From positions 74,796 through 106,795 of the forward strand of contig NZ_BCZP01000018.1 of NCBI RefSeq assembly GCF_001598795.1: DNA of 32,000 bases, read 5' to 3'. Below, piece after piece: positions 24,356-32,000 of this stretch (the first letter of the stretch is position 1; each line of letters starts with the position of its first letter). Under the pieces are notes generated by a model. The model searched no databases and was not told the origin of the DNA. It was given only the letters and a program-made list of their open reading frames with translations. Both the position numbers and the translations under genes were made by a program. The DNA comes from Delftia acidovorans NBRC 14950 (lineage in GTDB: Bacteria > Pseudomonadota > Gammaproteobacteria > Burkholderiales > Burkholderiaceae_C).

Positions 24356-25678
24356 ATGCACACCTCATTTCCCACATTGGATGCATGGCTCGCATATTGC
24401 GAGCGCCTGCACCCCAAGAATATCGCGCTGGGCCTGGATCGCGTGCGCGAAGTCGCCCAGCGCCTGGATCTGCGTTTCGACTGCCCCGTGATCACGGTGG
24501 CGGGCACCAATGGCAAGGGCTCGACCTGCGCCATGCTGGAGGCCGTGGCGCTGCAGTCGGGCTTTCGTCCCGGCGTCTACACATCGCCGCATCTGGTGCA
24601 TTTCGAGGAGCGCTGCCGCGTGGGCGGCGAGATCGTGAAGGCCGCCGAGCTGCTGCCGCAGTTCGAGGCCGTGGAGCAGGCGCGCGTGCAGGGCACGGAA
24701 GTGGCGCTCACCTATTTCGAATTCACCACGCTGGCCATCCTGCGGCTGATGAGCCAGTCCAGGCTGGATGTGGCGATTCTCGAGGTGGGCCTGGGCGGGA
24801 GGCTGGATGCCACGAACGTGATCGATGCCGATTGCGCCGTCATCACCAGCATCGACATCGACCATGTGGAATTCCTGGGCCCGGACCGCGAGAGCATCGG
24901 CCGCGAGAAGGCCGGCATCATGCGCGCCGGTCGGCCGGTGGTGGTCAGCGATCCCATGCCGCCGCAAAGCGTGCTGGACCATGCACAGGCCATTGGTGCC
25001 GATCTCTGGCGCCTGGGCCAGGATTTCAACTTCTCGGGCGACAAGCAGCAGTGGGGCTGGGCAGGACGCGGGCGGCGCTATGCGGGCCTGGCCTATCCGG
25101 CGCTGCGCGGCGCCAACCAGCTGGTCAATGCATCGGGTGCGCTGGCCGCGCTCGAAGCCATTCGCAGCCGCCTTCCGGTCACGGCCCAGGCCGTGCGCAC
25201 GGGGCTGGCCATGGTCGAGCTGCCAGGGCGTTTCCAGATCATTCCTGGCCAGCCCACGCTGGTGCTGGATGTTGCGCACAACCCGCATTCGGTGGCGGCG
25301 CTGACGGCCAACCTCGACGCCATGGGCTACTTCCCCTGCACGCATGCGGTGTTTGGCGCCATGCACGACAAGGACCTGGCGCCCATGCTGGGCAGGATCG
25401 CACCGCTGATCGACCGCTGGTACCTGACCGACCTGCCCACGCCGCGTGCTGAAAGCGCCGAAGTGCTGCGCCAGAAGATCGAAGCCCTGCCGCCCGCACC
25501 CGGCGTGCCCCGCGAGCTGTCGGTGGCCACCTTCGCAAACCCGCAGCTGGCGCTGGATGCAGCGGTTCTGGCCGCAGGTCCCACTGATAGAATCGTGGTC
25601 TTTGGCTCGTTCTTCACGGTGGGCGGCGTGCTGCAGGACGGCCCGCCCCGGCTGAACGCCAAGCATCTGGGCACCTGA
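24356..25678 (+). CDS. folC: Bifunctional folylpolyglutamate synthase/dihydrofolate synthase
   Basis: VAGTNGKGST (P-loop), YTSPHLVHFEERC, EVGLGGRLDATNV and the Mur-ligase C-terminal domain are present. The 440-aa length fits. Confidence 0.93.
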   Translation: MHTSFPTLDAWLAYCERLHPKNIALGLDRVREVAQRLDLRFDCPVITVAGTNGKGSTCAMLEAVALQSGFRPGVYTSPHLVHFEERCRVGGEIVKAAELLPQFEAVEQARVQGTEVALTYFEFTTLAILRLMSQSRLDVAILEVGLGGRLDATNVIDADCAVITSIDIDHVEFLGPDRESIGREKAGIMRAGRPVVVSDPMPPQSVLDHAQAIGADLWRLGQDFNFSGDKQQWGWAGRGRRYAGLAYPALRGANQLVNASGALAALEAIRSRLPVTAQAVRTGLAMVELPGRFQIIPGQPTLVLDVAHNPHSVAALTANLDAMGYFPCTHAVFGAMHDKDLAPMLGRIAPLIDRWYLTDLPTPRAESAEVLRQKIEALPPAPGVPRELSVATFANPQLALDAAVLAAGPTDRIVVFGSFFTVGGVLQDGPPRLNAKHLGT

Positions 25679-25748
25679 ATCCAGTGATCCGCACCGCAGG
25701 CGGCCATCGTGGCCGCTGTGGTGGCCGATATGAACGAGTCCGCACTCC

Positions 25749-26684
25749 ATGGCATTTTTCAATTTTCGTTGGCCCGGCAAAAAAGACGACGGTGATTCGT
25801 CGTCCGCATCGAGGCGGCCCACACGGCTGGGACAGGCGGAAAGCGTCGATGTCATGCGCCGTCGGGCGCGCCACCGCCTCATCGGCGCTGCCGTGCTGGT
25901 CCTGGCGGGCGTGGTGGGCTTCCCCCTGCTGTTCGACACCCAGCCGCGCCCGATTCCCGTAGACATCCCCATCGAGATTCCTGACCGCGACAAGGTTGCG
26001 CCCCTGGTCGTGCCCGGCGCCAATGCCGTGGATGCCCATTCGCATGGCGCGGCTGCGCCGACGGGCCGCGTGTCGGCCCAGGCCTCGCTGGGAGCCGATG
26101 AGGAAGAGGTTCCCATGGGCAGGCCTTCGGCGCCGTCCGTGCCGTCCGTGCCTGTGGCCCCTCCCGTTTCCCAGGTGGCTCCGGTCAAGCCTGAAGCGAA
26201 GCCCGAGGCAAAGCCGGAGCCCAAGCCCGCCGCCAAGCCTGAGACCAAACCCGAGCCCAAGCCGGAACCCAAGCCCAAGCCGGAGCAGCCGAAGCCCGAA
26301 CACAAGCCGGAGCCCAAGCCCGAACCGAAACCCGAGCCCAAGCCAAAGCCCGAACCCAAGCCCGAGCCGTCCAGGAGCGACGATGCCGCGCGTGCCCGGG
26401 CCCTGCTGGAAGGACGCAGCGCGCCCGCCGCTTCAACGGCGGCCGCGGCGACGGACGAACGCTTCATCGTGCAGGTCGGAGCCTTCTCTGACGCCGGCAA
26501 GGCCCAGGAAATCCGCGCCAAGCTGGAGCTGGCGGGCCTGAAGACATTCACGCAAGTGGTGGACACCAAGGACGGCAAGCGCACGCGGGTGCGTGTGGGC
26601 CCGTTCAACGGCCGTGCCGAAGCCGACAAGGCGGCGGCGCGCGTCAAGGGCCAGGGCCTGCCGGCGTCGGTGATCAAGCTCTGA
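25749..26684 (+). CDS. dedD: SPOR-domain cell-division protein (DedD-like)
   Basis: The product has an N-terminal TM segment (LIGAAVLVLAGVVGFPLLF) and a long KPEP-type linker. The C-terminal SPOR domain reads FIVQVGAFSDAGKAQEIRAKL...RVRVGPFNGRAEADKAAARV. It occupies the folC-dedD-cvpA-purF position known from E. coli and Pseudomonas. Confidence 0.85.
   Translation: MAFFNFRWPGKKDDGDSSSASRRPTRLGQAESVDVMRRRARHRLIGAAVLVLAGVVGFPLLFDTQPRPIPVDIPIEIPDRDKVAPLVVPGANAVDAHSHGAAAPTGRVSAQASLGADEEEVPMGRPSAPSVPSVPVAPPVSQVAPVKPEAKPEAKPEPKPAAKPETKPEPKPEPKPKPEQPKPEHKPEPKPEPKPEPKPKPEPKPEPSRSDDAARARALLEGRSAPAASTAAAATDERFIVQVGAFSDAGKAQEIRAKLELAGLKTFTQVVDTKDGKRTRVRVGPFNGRAEADKAAARVKGQGLPASVIKL
26187..26369 (+). 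repeat. In-frame low-complexity (KPEx)n coding repeat inside the SPOR protein
   Basis: Residues 147-207 read KPEAKPEAKPEPKPAAKPETKPEPKPEPKPKPEQPKPEHKPEPKPEPKPEPKPKPEPKPEP. Confidence 0.9.
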
Positions 26685-26733
26685 CGCGGTGACGTACATC
26701 TTGCAAAGCAGCACGGGCGCACAGAAATAGCGT

Positions 26734-27225
26734 ATGTCCACGGTGGACTGGGTTTTGCTGGCCTGCGTGCTGGCCTCGATGCTGCTTGGCGCCTGGCGCG
26801 GGCTGGTGTACGAGGTACTGTCTCTGCTGGGCTGGCTGGTGGCCTTTGTCGTGGCCCGCATCTGGGCGGCCGACGTGGCGCTGTGGCTGCCCATGCAGGA
26901 CTGGGACATGCAGCTGCGCTACGCCGCAGGCTTTGTGCTTTTGTTCGTGCTGGCGCTGTTCGGCTGGGGCCTGGTGTCCTGGCTGTCGCGCCGGCTGATC
27001 GAGGCGGTGGGCCTGAGGCCCGTGGACCGCACGCTGGGCGCGCTGTTCGGCGTGCTGCGCGGGGCGCTGCTGGCCCTGGTGGCAACGATGGTGATCAGCT
27101 ACACGCCGCTGCACCAGGGGCAGTGGTGGCAGGATTCAGCCCTGGCGCCATGGCTGATGCAGGCGCTGGCTGTGGTTTTGCCACAGCTGCCGCAGGAATG
27201 GGGACGCTATCTGCCGGCTGCATGA
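26734..27225 (+). CDS. cvpA: CvpA-family membrane protein (colicin V production protein)
   Basis: The 163-aa product begins VDWVLLACVLASMLLGAWRGLVYEVLSLLGW and contains DRTLGALFGVLRG, both CvpA signatures. Synteny with purF supports the call. Confidence 0.88.
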   Translation: MSTVDWVLLACVLASMLLGAWRGLVYEVLSLLGWLVAFVVARIWAADVALWLPMQDWDMQLRYAAGFVLLFVLALFGWGLVSWLSRRLIEAVGLRPVDRTLGALFGVLRGALLALVATMVISYTPLHQGQWWQDSALAPWLMQALAVVLPQLPQEWGRYLPAA

Positions 27226-27358
27226 CAAGGCGCTGCAGCGCAGGAGTCGGCTGGCAGAAACAGTTTGGATAGAGAAATCGGGCGCAGGCGTGGCCAATGG
27301 GTGGCTGCTACGGCCCAGACAGCGAAGGGCGACCTTCGCAAACGGATGGAACGCAACT

Positions 27359-28867
27359 ATGTGTGGAATCGTTGGTGTAGTCAGCACCGCGCCCGTGAAT
27401 CAACTGATCTATGACGCCCTGCTGCTGCTGCAGCACCGTGGCCAGGATGCCGCAGGCATCGTGACCCAGCAGGAGCGCAAGTTCTTCATGCACAAGGCCA
27501 AGGGCATGGTGCGCGACGTGTTCCGCACCCGCAACATGCGTGCCCTGCCGGGCACGGTGGGCCTGGGTCAGGTGCGCTACCCGACGGCCGGCAACGCGAC
27601 CAGCGAGGAAGAGGCCCAGCCCTTCTACGTGAACGCGCCCTTCGGCATCGTCATGGTGCACAACGGCAACCTCACCAATGCCAAGCAGCTGCGCGAGGAG
27701 CTGTCGGACACCGACCACCGCCACACCAATACCGAGAGCGACTCCGAAGTCCTGCTCAACGTGCTGGCCCACGAGCTGGCCCGCGCCAGCAGTGGCGCGC
27801 CGCTCAAGAGCGAAGACGTGTTCCAGGCCGTCAGCGCCGTTCACAAGCGCATCAAGGGCTCATATGCCGTGATCGCGCTGATCGCCGGCTACGGCCTGCT
27901 GGCCTTCCGCGACCCGTTCGGCATCCGCCCCCTGTGCATGGGCCGCGGTGCCGACGGCTCGGTGATGCTGGCCAGCGAGTCCGTGGCCCTGGAAGGCACG
28001 CTGCACCAGCTCGAGCGCGATGTCGCCCCGGGCGAGGCGGTGTTCGTGCACAGCGACGGCCAGGTCGAAACCCGCCAGTGCGCTGAAAAGAGCGAGCTGC
28101 ACCCCTGCGTGTTCGAGTACGTGTACCTGGCCCGCCCGGACTCCGTGCTGGATGGCATCTCCGTCTACCAGGCCCGCCTGAACATGGGCGAGACGCTGGC
28201 CAAGCGCGTGGTCTCCACCGTGCCGCCCAACGAGATCGACGCCATCATCCCGATTCCCGAATCCAGCCGCCCCAGCGCCATGCAGCTGGCCCAGCTGCTG
28301 GGCATTCCGTACCGCGAAGGCTTCGTCAAGAACCGCTACGTGGGCCGGACCTTCATCATGCCGGGCCAGTCCTCGCGCAAGAAATCGGTGCGCCAGAAGC
28401 TCAACGCCATCGGCAGCGAGTTCAAGGGCCGCAAGGTGCTGCTGGTGGATGACTCCATCGTGCGCGGCACCACCTCCAAGGAAATCGTGCAGATGGCGCG
28501 TGATGCCGGTGCCGTCAAGGTCTACCTGGCCTCGGCAGCGCCTCCGGTGCGCCATCCCAACGTCTACGGCATCGACATGCCCACGCGCGCCGAACTGGTG
28601 GCGCATGGCCGCACGGTCGAGGAAATCCGCCAGGTCATCGGTGCCGACGCGCTGATCTACCAGGACGTGGCCGCCATGAAGCAGACCGTGGGCAAGATCA
28701 ACCCGCAGGTGCAGGGCTTCGAGGCCTCGTGCTTCGATGGCGTCTACATCACGGGCGACATCTCCGAGGACGAAGTCACGGCACTCAATGAAGGCCGCAA
28801 CCGCGGCGGTGAGGAAGAGTCCAGCGACGCCTCGCGCCTATCCCTGCCCAACGCCCAGGAAGCCTGA
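27359..28867 (+). CDS. purF: Amidophosphoribosyltransferase
   Basis: The MCGIVG N-terminal nucleophile, LQHRGQDAAGI, the PRTase motif VLLVDDSIVRGTTS and YGIDMP are present. The start is at ATG 27359, not the track start at 27290. Confidence 0.95.
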   Translation: MCGIVGVVSTAPVNQLIYDALLLLQHRGQDAAGIVTQQERKFFMHKAKGMVRDVFRTRNMRALPGTVGLGQVRYPTAGNATSEEEAQPFYVNAPFGIVMVHNGNLTNAKQLREELSDTDHRHTNTESDSEVLLNVLAHELARASSGAPLKSEDVFQAVSAVHKRIKGSYAVIALIAGYGLLAFRDPFGIRPLCMGRGADGSVMLASESVALEGTLHQLERDVAPGEAVFVHSDGQVETRQCAEKSELHPCVFEYVYLARPDSVLDGISVYQARLNMGETLAKRVVSTVPPNEIDAIIPIPESSRPSAMQLAQLLGIPYREGFVKNRYVGRTFIMPGQSSRKKSVRQKLNAIGSEFKGRKVLLVDDSIVRGTTSKEIVQMARDAGAVKVYLASAAPPVRHPNVYGIDMPTRAELVAHGRTVEEIRQVIGADALIYQDVAAMKQTVGKINPQVQGFEASCFDGVYITGDISEDEVTALNEGRNRGGEEESSDASRLSLPNAQEA

Positions 28868-28911
28868 GCCCGAGCCTGAGTCAGAGCGATTGGGCTTCAG
28901 TGACAATACGG

Positions 28912-28938
28912 GGGCGGGCCTGAGGCCCGCCCTTTTTT
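28912..28938 (+). terminator. Intrinsic terminator after purF
   Basis: A 9-bp stem pairs GGGCGGGCC (28912-28920) with GGCCCGCCC (28924-28932) around a 3-nt loop. TTTTTT follows at 28933-28938. Confidence 0.85.
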
Positions 28939-29080
28939 GACAAATGAGCTAAAAGCGCTGGTGCTGGAGGACTGCAGGCTGCAACGCCCAGCAAGTCCCC
29001 AGGTGACAAGTGTTTCTAGCTCCTTTTTTCCGGGCACCGCCGCCATCGGCGGGCCGCGCCCGACCCCAAGGACCATCAAC

Positions 29081-30295
29081 GTGACGAACAAGACACTTCC
29101 CGAAGGCCTGCATCCCGATACGCTGGCCCTGCGCGTGGCCGTGGAACGAAGCCAGTGGGGCGAGCACAGCGAAGCCCTGTACATGACCAGCAGCTTCGTG
29201 CAGCCCGACTGCGCAACGGCAGCGCGCCGCTTCGCCAACGAAGAGCCCGGCTACACCTACAGCCGCACCTCCAACCCCACGGTGACCAGCTTCGAGCAGC
29301 GCCTGGCCGCCATGGAAGGCACGGAATGTGCCGTGGCCACGTCCACCGGCATGTCGGCCATCTTGCTGGTGGCGCTGACCACGCTCAAGGCGGGCGACCA
29401 TGTGATCTGCTCGCAGTCCATGTTCGGCTCCACCATCAAGCTGCTGGGCGGCGAGATGGCGCGCTTCGGCATCGAGACCAGCTTTGTCTCGCAGACCGAT
29501 GTGCAGGCCTGGAAGGCCGCCATCCGTCCCAACACGCGATTGCTGTTCGCCGAGACGCCGACCAACCCGCTGACCGACCTGTGCGACATCGCCGCGCTGG
29601 CCGAACTGGCGCACGCCCATGGCGCGCTGCTGGCGGTGGACAACAGCTTTGCCTCGCCCGCGCTGCAGCGGCCCGCGCAGTTCGGTGCCGACCTGGTCGT
29701 GCACTCCGGCACCAAGCTGCTGGACGGCCAGGGCCGCGTCATGTCGGGCGCGGTCTGTGGCACGACGGCGCTGGTGGACAAGGTCATGGGCACCTTCCTG
29801 CGCAGCGGCGGCCTGAACCTGGCGCCGTTCAACGCCTGGGTGGTGCTCAAGGGCCTGGAGACGCTGTCCCTGCGCGTCAAGGCGCAAAGCGCCGCCGCGC
29901 TGGAGCTGGCCACCTGGCTGGAGGCCCATCCCAAGGTCGCCCGTGTCTACTACCCGGGCCTGGCCAGCCACCCGCAGCACGAGCTGGCCATGCGCCAGCA
30001 AAACGGCATGGGCGGCGGCGTGCTTTCCTTCGACGTGGTGGGCGAGGGCGCCGAGCAACTGCGCGCCAATGCCTTCCATGTGGCCGACAGCACCCTGGTG
30101 TGCTCGATCACGGCCAACCTGGGCGACGTCAAGACCACCATCACCCACCCGGCCAGCACCTCGCATGGCCGCCTGAGCGAAGAGCAGCGCCGTGCCGCCG
30201 GCATCGGCCAGGGCCTGCTGCGCATCTCCGTCGGACTGGAATACCTGGGCGACATCAAGAACGATCTGTCCCGCGGACTGGATACCCTGCAATGA
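29081..30295 (+). CDS. metZ: O-succinylhomoserine sulfhydrylase
   Basis: There is strong end-to-end resemblance to Pseudomonas MetZ ([21 protein letters not shown] carrying the PLP lysine, [21 protein letters not shown]). The purF-metZ adjacency matches Pseudomonas. The GTG start at 29081 is chosen because the upstream in-frame ORF begins inside the purF terminator. Confidence 0.88.
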   Translation: MTNKTLPEGLHPDTLALRVAVERSQWGEHSEALYMTSSFVQPDCATAARRFANEEPGYTYSRTSNPTVTSFEQRLAAMEGTECAVATSTGMSAILLVALTTLKAGDHVICSQSMFGSTIKLLGGEMARFGIETSFVSQTDVQAWKAAIRPNTRLLFAETPTNPLTDLCDIAALAELAHAHGALLAVDNSFASPALQRPAQFGADLVVHSGTKLLDGQGRVMSGAVCGTTALVDKVMGTFLRSGGLNLAPFNAWVVLKGLETLSLRVKAQSAAALELATWLEAHPKVARVYYPGLASHPQHELAMRQQNGMGGGVLSFDVVGEGAEQLRANAFHVADSTLVCSITANLGDVKTTITHPASTSHGRLSEEQRRAAGIGQGLLRISVGLEYLGDIKNDLSRGLDTLQ

Positions 30296-31698
30296 CACAA
30301 AAAGTACGAACCCGTTTTGCCCCGTCTCCCACGGGCTTCATCCACCTGGGCAACATCCGCTCGGCCCTGTATCCCTGGGCCTTCGCGCGCGCCACGGGCG
30401 GTGATTTCATCCTGCGCATCGAGGACACCGATGTGGAGCGTTCCACCCAGGCCTCGGTGGACGTGATCATCGAAGGCATGGCCTGGCTGCAGCTGGACCA
30501 TGACGAAGGTCCGTTCTATCAAATGCAGCGCATGGACCGCTACAAGGAGGTGCTGGCCGGTCTGCAGGCTTCGGGCCATGTCTACCCCTGCTACATGAGC
30601 GTGGAAGAACTCGACGCCCTGCGCGAGCGCCAGATGGCCAACAAGGAAAAGCCGCGCTACGACGGCACCTGGCGCCCTGAAGAAGGCAAGGTGCTGCCGC
30701 CCGTGCCCGAAGGCGTGCGCCCCGTGCTGCGCTTCAAGACGCCGCAGGGCGGCGTCGTGGCCTGGGAAGACAAGTGCAAGGGCCGCATCGAGTTCCAGAA
30801 CAGCGAGCTGGACGACCTGGTGATCGCGCGCCCCGATGGCACGCCGACCTACAACTTCTGCGTCTGCGTGGACGATATGGACATGGCCATCACCCATGTC
30901 ATCCGTGGCGACGACCACGTCAACAACACGCCGCGCCAGATCCACATCTTCGAGGCGCTGGGCGCCAGCGTGCCCGTGTTCGCCCACCTGCCCACCGTGC
31001 TCAACGAGCAGGGCGAGAAGATGAGCAAGCGCAACGGCGCCAAGGCCGTCACCCAGTACCGCGACGAAGGCTACCTGCCCGACGCCATGGTCAACTACCT
31101 GGCCCGCCTGGGCTGGAGCCATGGCGACGACGAAATCTTCAGCCGCGCCCAGTTCCTGGAGTGGTTCAACCTCGACCACCTGGGCCGCAGCGCAGGCCAG
31201 TTCGACGAGGCCAAGCTGCGCTGGGTCAATGCCCAGCACCTGAAGGCGCTGGACGATGCGGCCCTGGCAGAGCTGGTGCGCCCCTTCGTGCTCAAGACCG
31301 GCCTGGACCAGGCCCTGCTCGACGCCGACGACCGCCTGCCGCGCATCTGCGCCCTGTTCAAGGACCGCTGCGAAACCCTGGTCGATCTGGCCGGCTGGGT
31401 GCGCCTGTTCTATGTGGACGCCTTCGACCGCAACGCCGAAGACCTGGCCAAGCATGTGACCGACGCCGTGGCGCCCGCCCTGGACGCCTTCGCCGAAGGC
31501 ATCGCCTCGGTGGAGTGGAGCAAGGAAGCCATTGCCGCCCTGATCAAGAAAGTGCTCAAGGCCCAGGGCCTGAAGATGCCGCAACTGGCCATGCCGGTGC
31601 GCGTGCTGACGCTGGGCACGGCGCACACGCCTTCGGTGGACGCGGTGCTGGAGCTGCTGGGTCGTGAAAAAATTCTGGCCCGTTTGAAAAACCGCTAA
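30292..31698 (+). CDS. gltX: Glutamate--tRNA ligase
   Basis: [19 protein letters not shown] carries the HIGH-type motif and KMSKRNG is the KMSKS motif. The product is 468 aa. The ATG at 30292-30294 overlaps the metZ TGA at 30293-30295 (ATGA). Confidence 0.95.
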   Translation: MTQKVRTRFAPSPTGFIHLGNIRSALYPWAFARATGGDFILRIEDTDVERSTQASVDVIIEGMAWLQLDHDEGPFYQMQRMDRYKEVLAGLQASGHVYPCYMSVEELDALRERQMANKEKPRYDGTWRPEEGKVLPPVPEGVRPVLRFKTPQGGVVAWEDKCKGRIEFQNSELDDLVIARPDGTPTYNFCVCVDDMDMAITHVIRGDDHVNNTPRQIHIFEALGASVPVFAHLPTVLNEQGEKMSKRNGAKAVTQYRDEGYLPDAMVNYLARLGWSHGDDEIFSRAQFLEWFNLDHLGRSAGQFDEAKLRWVNAQHLKALDDAALAELVRPFVLKTGLDQALLDADDRLPRICALFKDRCETLVDLAGWVRLFYVDAFDRNAEDLAKHVTDAVAPALDAFAEGIASVEWSKEAIAALIKKVLKAQGLKMPQLAMPVRVLTLGTAHTPSVDAVLELLGREKILARLKNR

Positions 31699-31713
31699 AA
31701 ACCTGTCTATAAT
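31684..31713 (+). promoter_or_regulatory. Sigma-70-like promoter for the tRNA-Ala/tRNA-Glu unit, overlapping the gltX 3' end
   Basis: TTGAAA (31684-31689), an 18-nt spacer and TATAAT (31708-31713). The perfect -10 hexamer lies about 55 nt upstream of the tRNA-Ala 5' end. Confidence 0.45.
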
Positions 31714-31768
31714 TCGAGTCTCTGATGCAAACGCAGCAACTAACAAGAAGCAGCGATTGCATCATGAA

Positions 31769-31844
<76 letters not shown>

Positions 31845-31881
31845 AAATTGAGACTTGGGTTTTTACGCAAGTTCTAGGATT

Positions 31882-31957
31882 GACCCTATCGTCTAGAGGC
31901 CTAGGACATCACCCTTTCACGGTGAGTACCGGGGTTCGAATCCCCGTAGGGTCGCCA
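31882..31957 (+). tRNA. tRNA-Glu (anticodon UUC)
   Basis: The 76-nt sequence GACCCTATCGTCTAGAGGCCTAGGACATCACCCTTTCACGGTGAGTACCGGGGTTCGAATCCCCGTAGGGTCGCCA closely resembles E. coli tRNA-Glu. The anticodon loop is CT-TTC-AC, and CCA is encoded. Confidence 0.95.
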
Positions 31958-32000
31958 AGTTTGCAGCACTTGGCTCGAAAGAGCGCAAAAGCTGTCTGCC

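Noticed and set aside
24365-27085. 906-aa minus-strand ORF antisense to folC, the SPOR gene and cvpA. Similar giant antisense or out-of-frame ORFs occur at 5080-7257(-), 7378-9594(-), 29950-31746(-), 28949-30298(-), 21085-22737(+), 1344-2465(-), 16178-17386(-) and 16192-17424(+).
   Set aside because: Their translations are Arg/Ala/Gly/Pro/His-rich low-complexity strings with no recognisable motifs. Each lies opposite or out of frame to a gene with clear family signatures. Long stop-free antisense frames are expected at this GC content. They could be re-examined only with Ribo-seq or proteomics.
28944-29021. Possible SAM-II-type riboswitch in the metZ leader, suggested by the GAGCTAAAAGC segment.
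   Set aside because: I cannot reproduce the SAM-II pseudoknot/triplex consensus from memory well enough to align it. The resemblance is limited to a short A-rich segment. It is reported only as an unexplained leader, not as a riboswitch.

Overview
High-GC (roughly two-thirds G+C) chromosomal segment that looks betaproteobacterial, most likely Burkholderiales/Comamonadaceae. That placement is an inference from a Bug/TctC-family binding protein, a folC-dedD-cvpA-purF-metZ block and an E. coli-type long ArgG. No database search was possible: every product call rests on my recognition of the translated ORFs and on motifs read directly from the sequence. I call 31 complete CDSs plus one 5'-truncated CDS, two tRNAs (Ala-GGC, Glu-UUC), four convincing intrinsic terminators, one Fur-box-like operator and a few candidate operator repeats. 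I see no CRISPR array, IS/transposase, integrase, prophage or recognisable defence or toxin-antitoxin genes. Most of the window is housekeeping: hppD, tas-like reductase, ybaK, plsY, murB, yajQ, argG, ppnP, yffB, folC, dedD, cvpA, purF, metZ, gltX. Three clusters of uncharacterised genes are the best candidates for undescribed biology. (1) 5383-12866 is a same-strand envelope module: a tandem zinc-ribbon/DUF4178 protein, DUF350, a Fur-box TonB-dependent receptor, a 7-TM-fused SpeE-like aminopropyltransferase, and a start/stop-overlapping Tat-lipoprotein flavoenzyme. (2) 15192-17406 is a putative operon of yajQ, a secreted retropepsin-like protease and a degenerate HD-GYP-like protein. (3) 2473-3940 holds a DUF2975 membrane protein, a YozG-like HTH regulator and a Pro-rich membrane protein, with overlapping or abutting genes and a 12-bp direct repeat in a 57-bp AT-rich control region. 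None of these can be shown to be a new system from sequence alone. The many very long antisense ORFs in the track are treated as high-GC artefacts.
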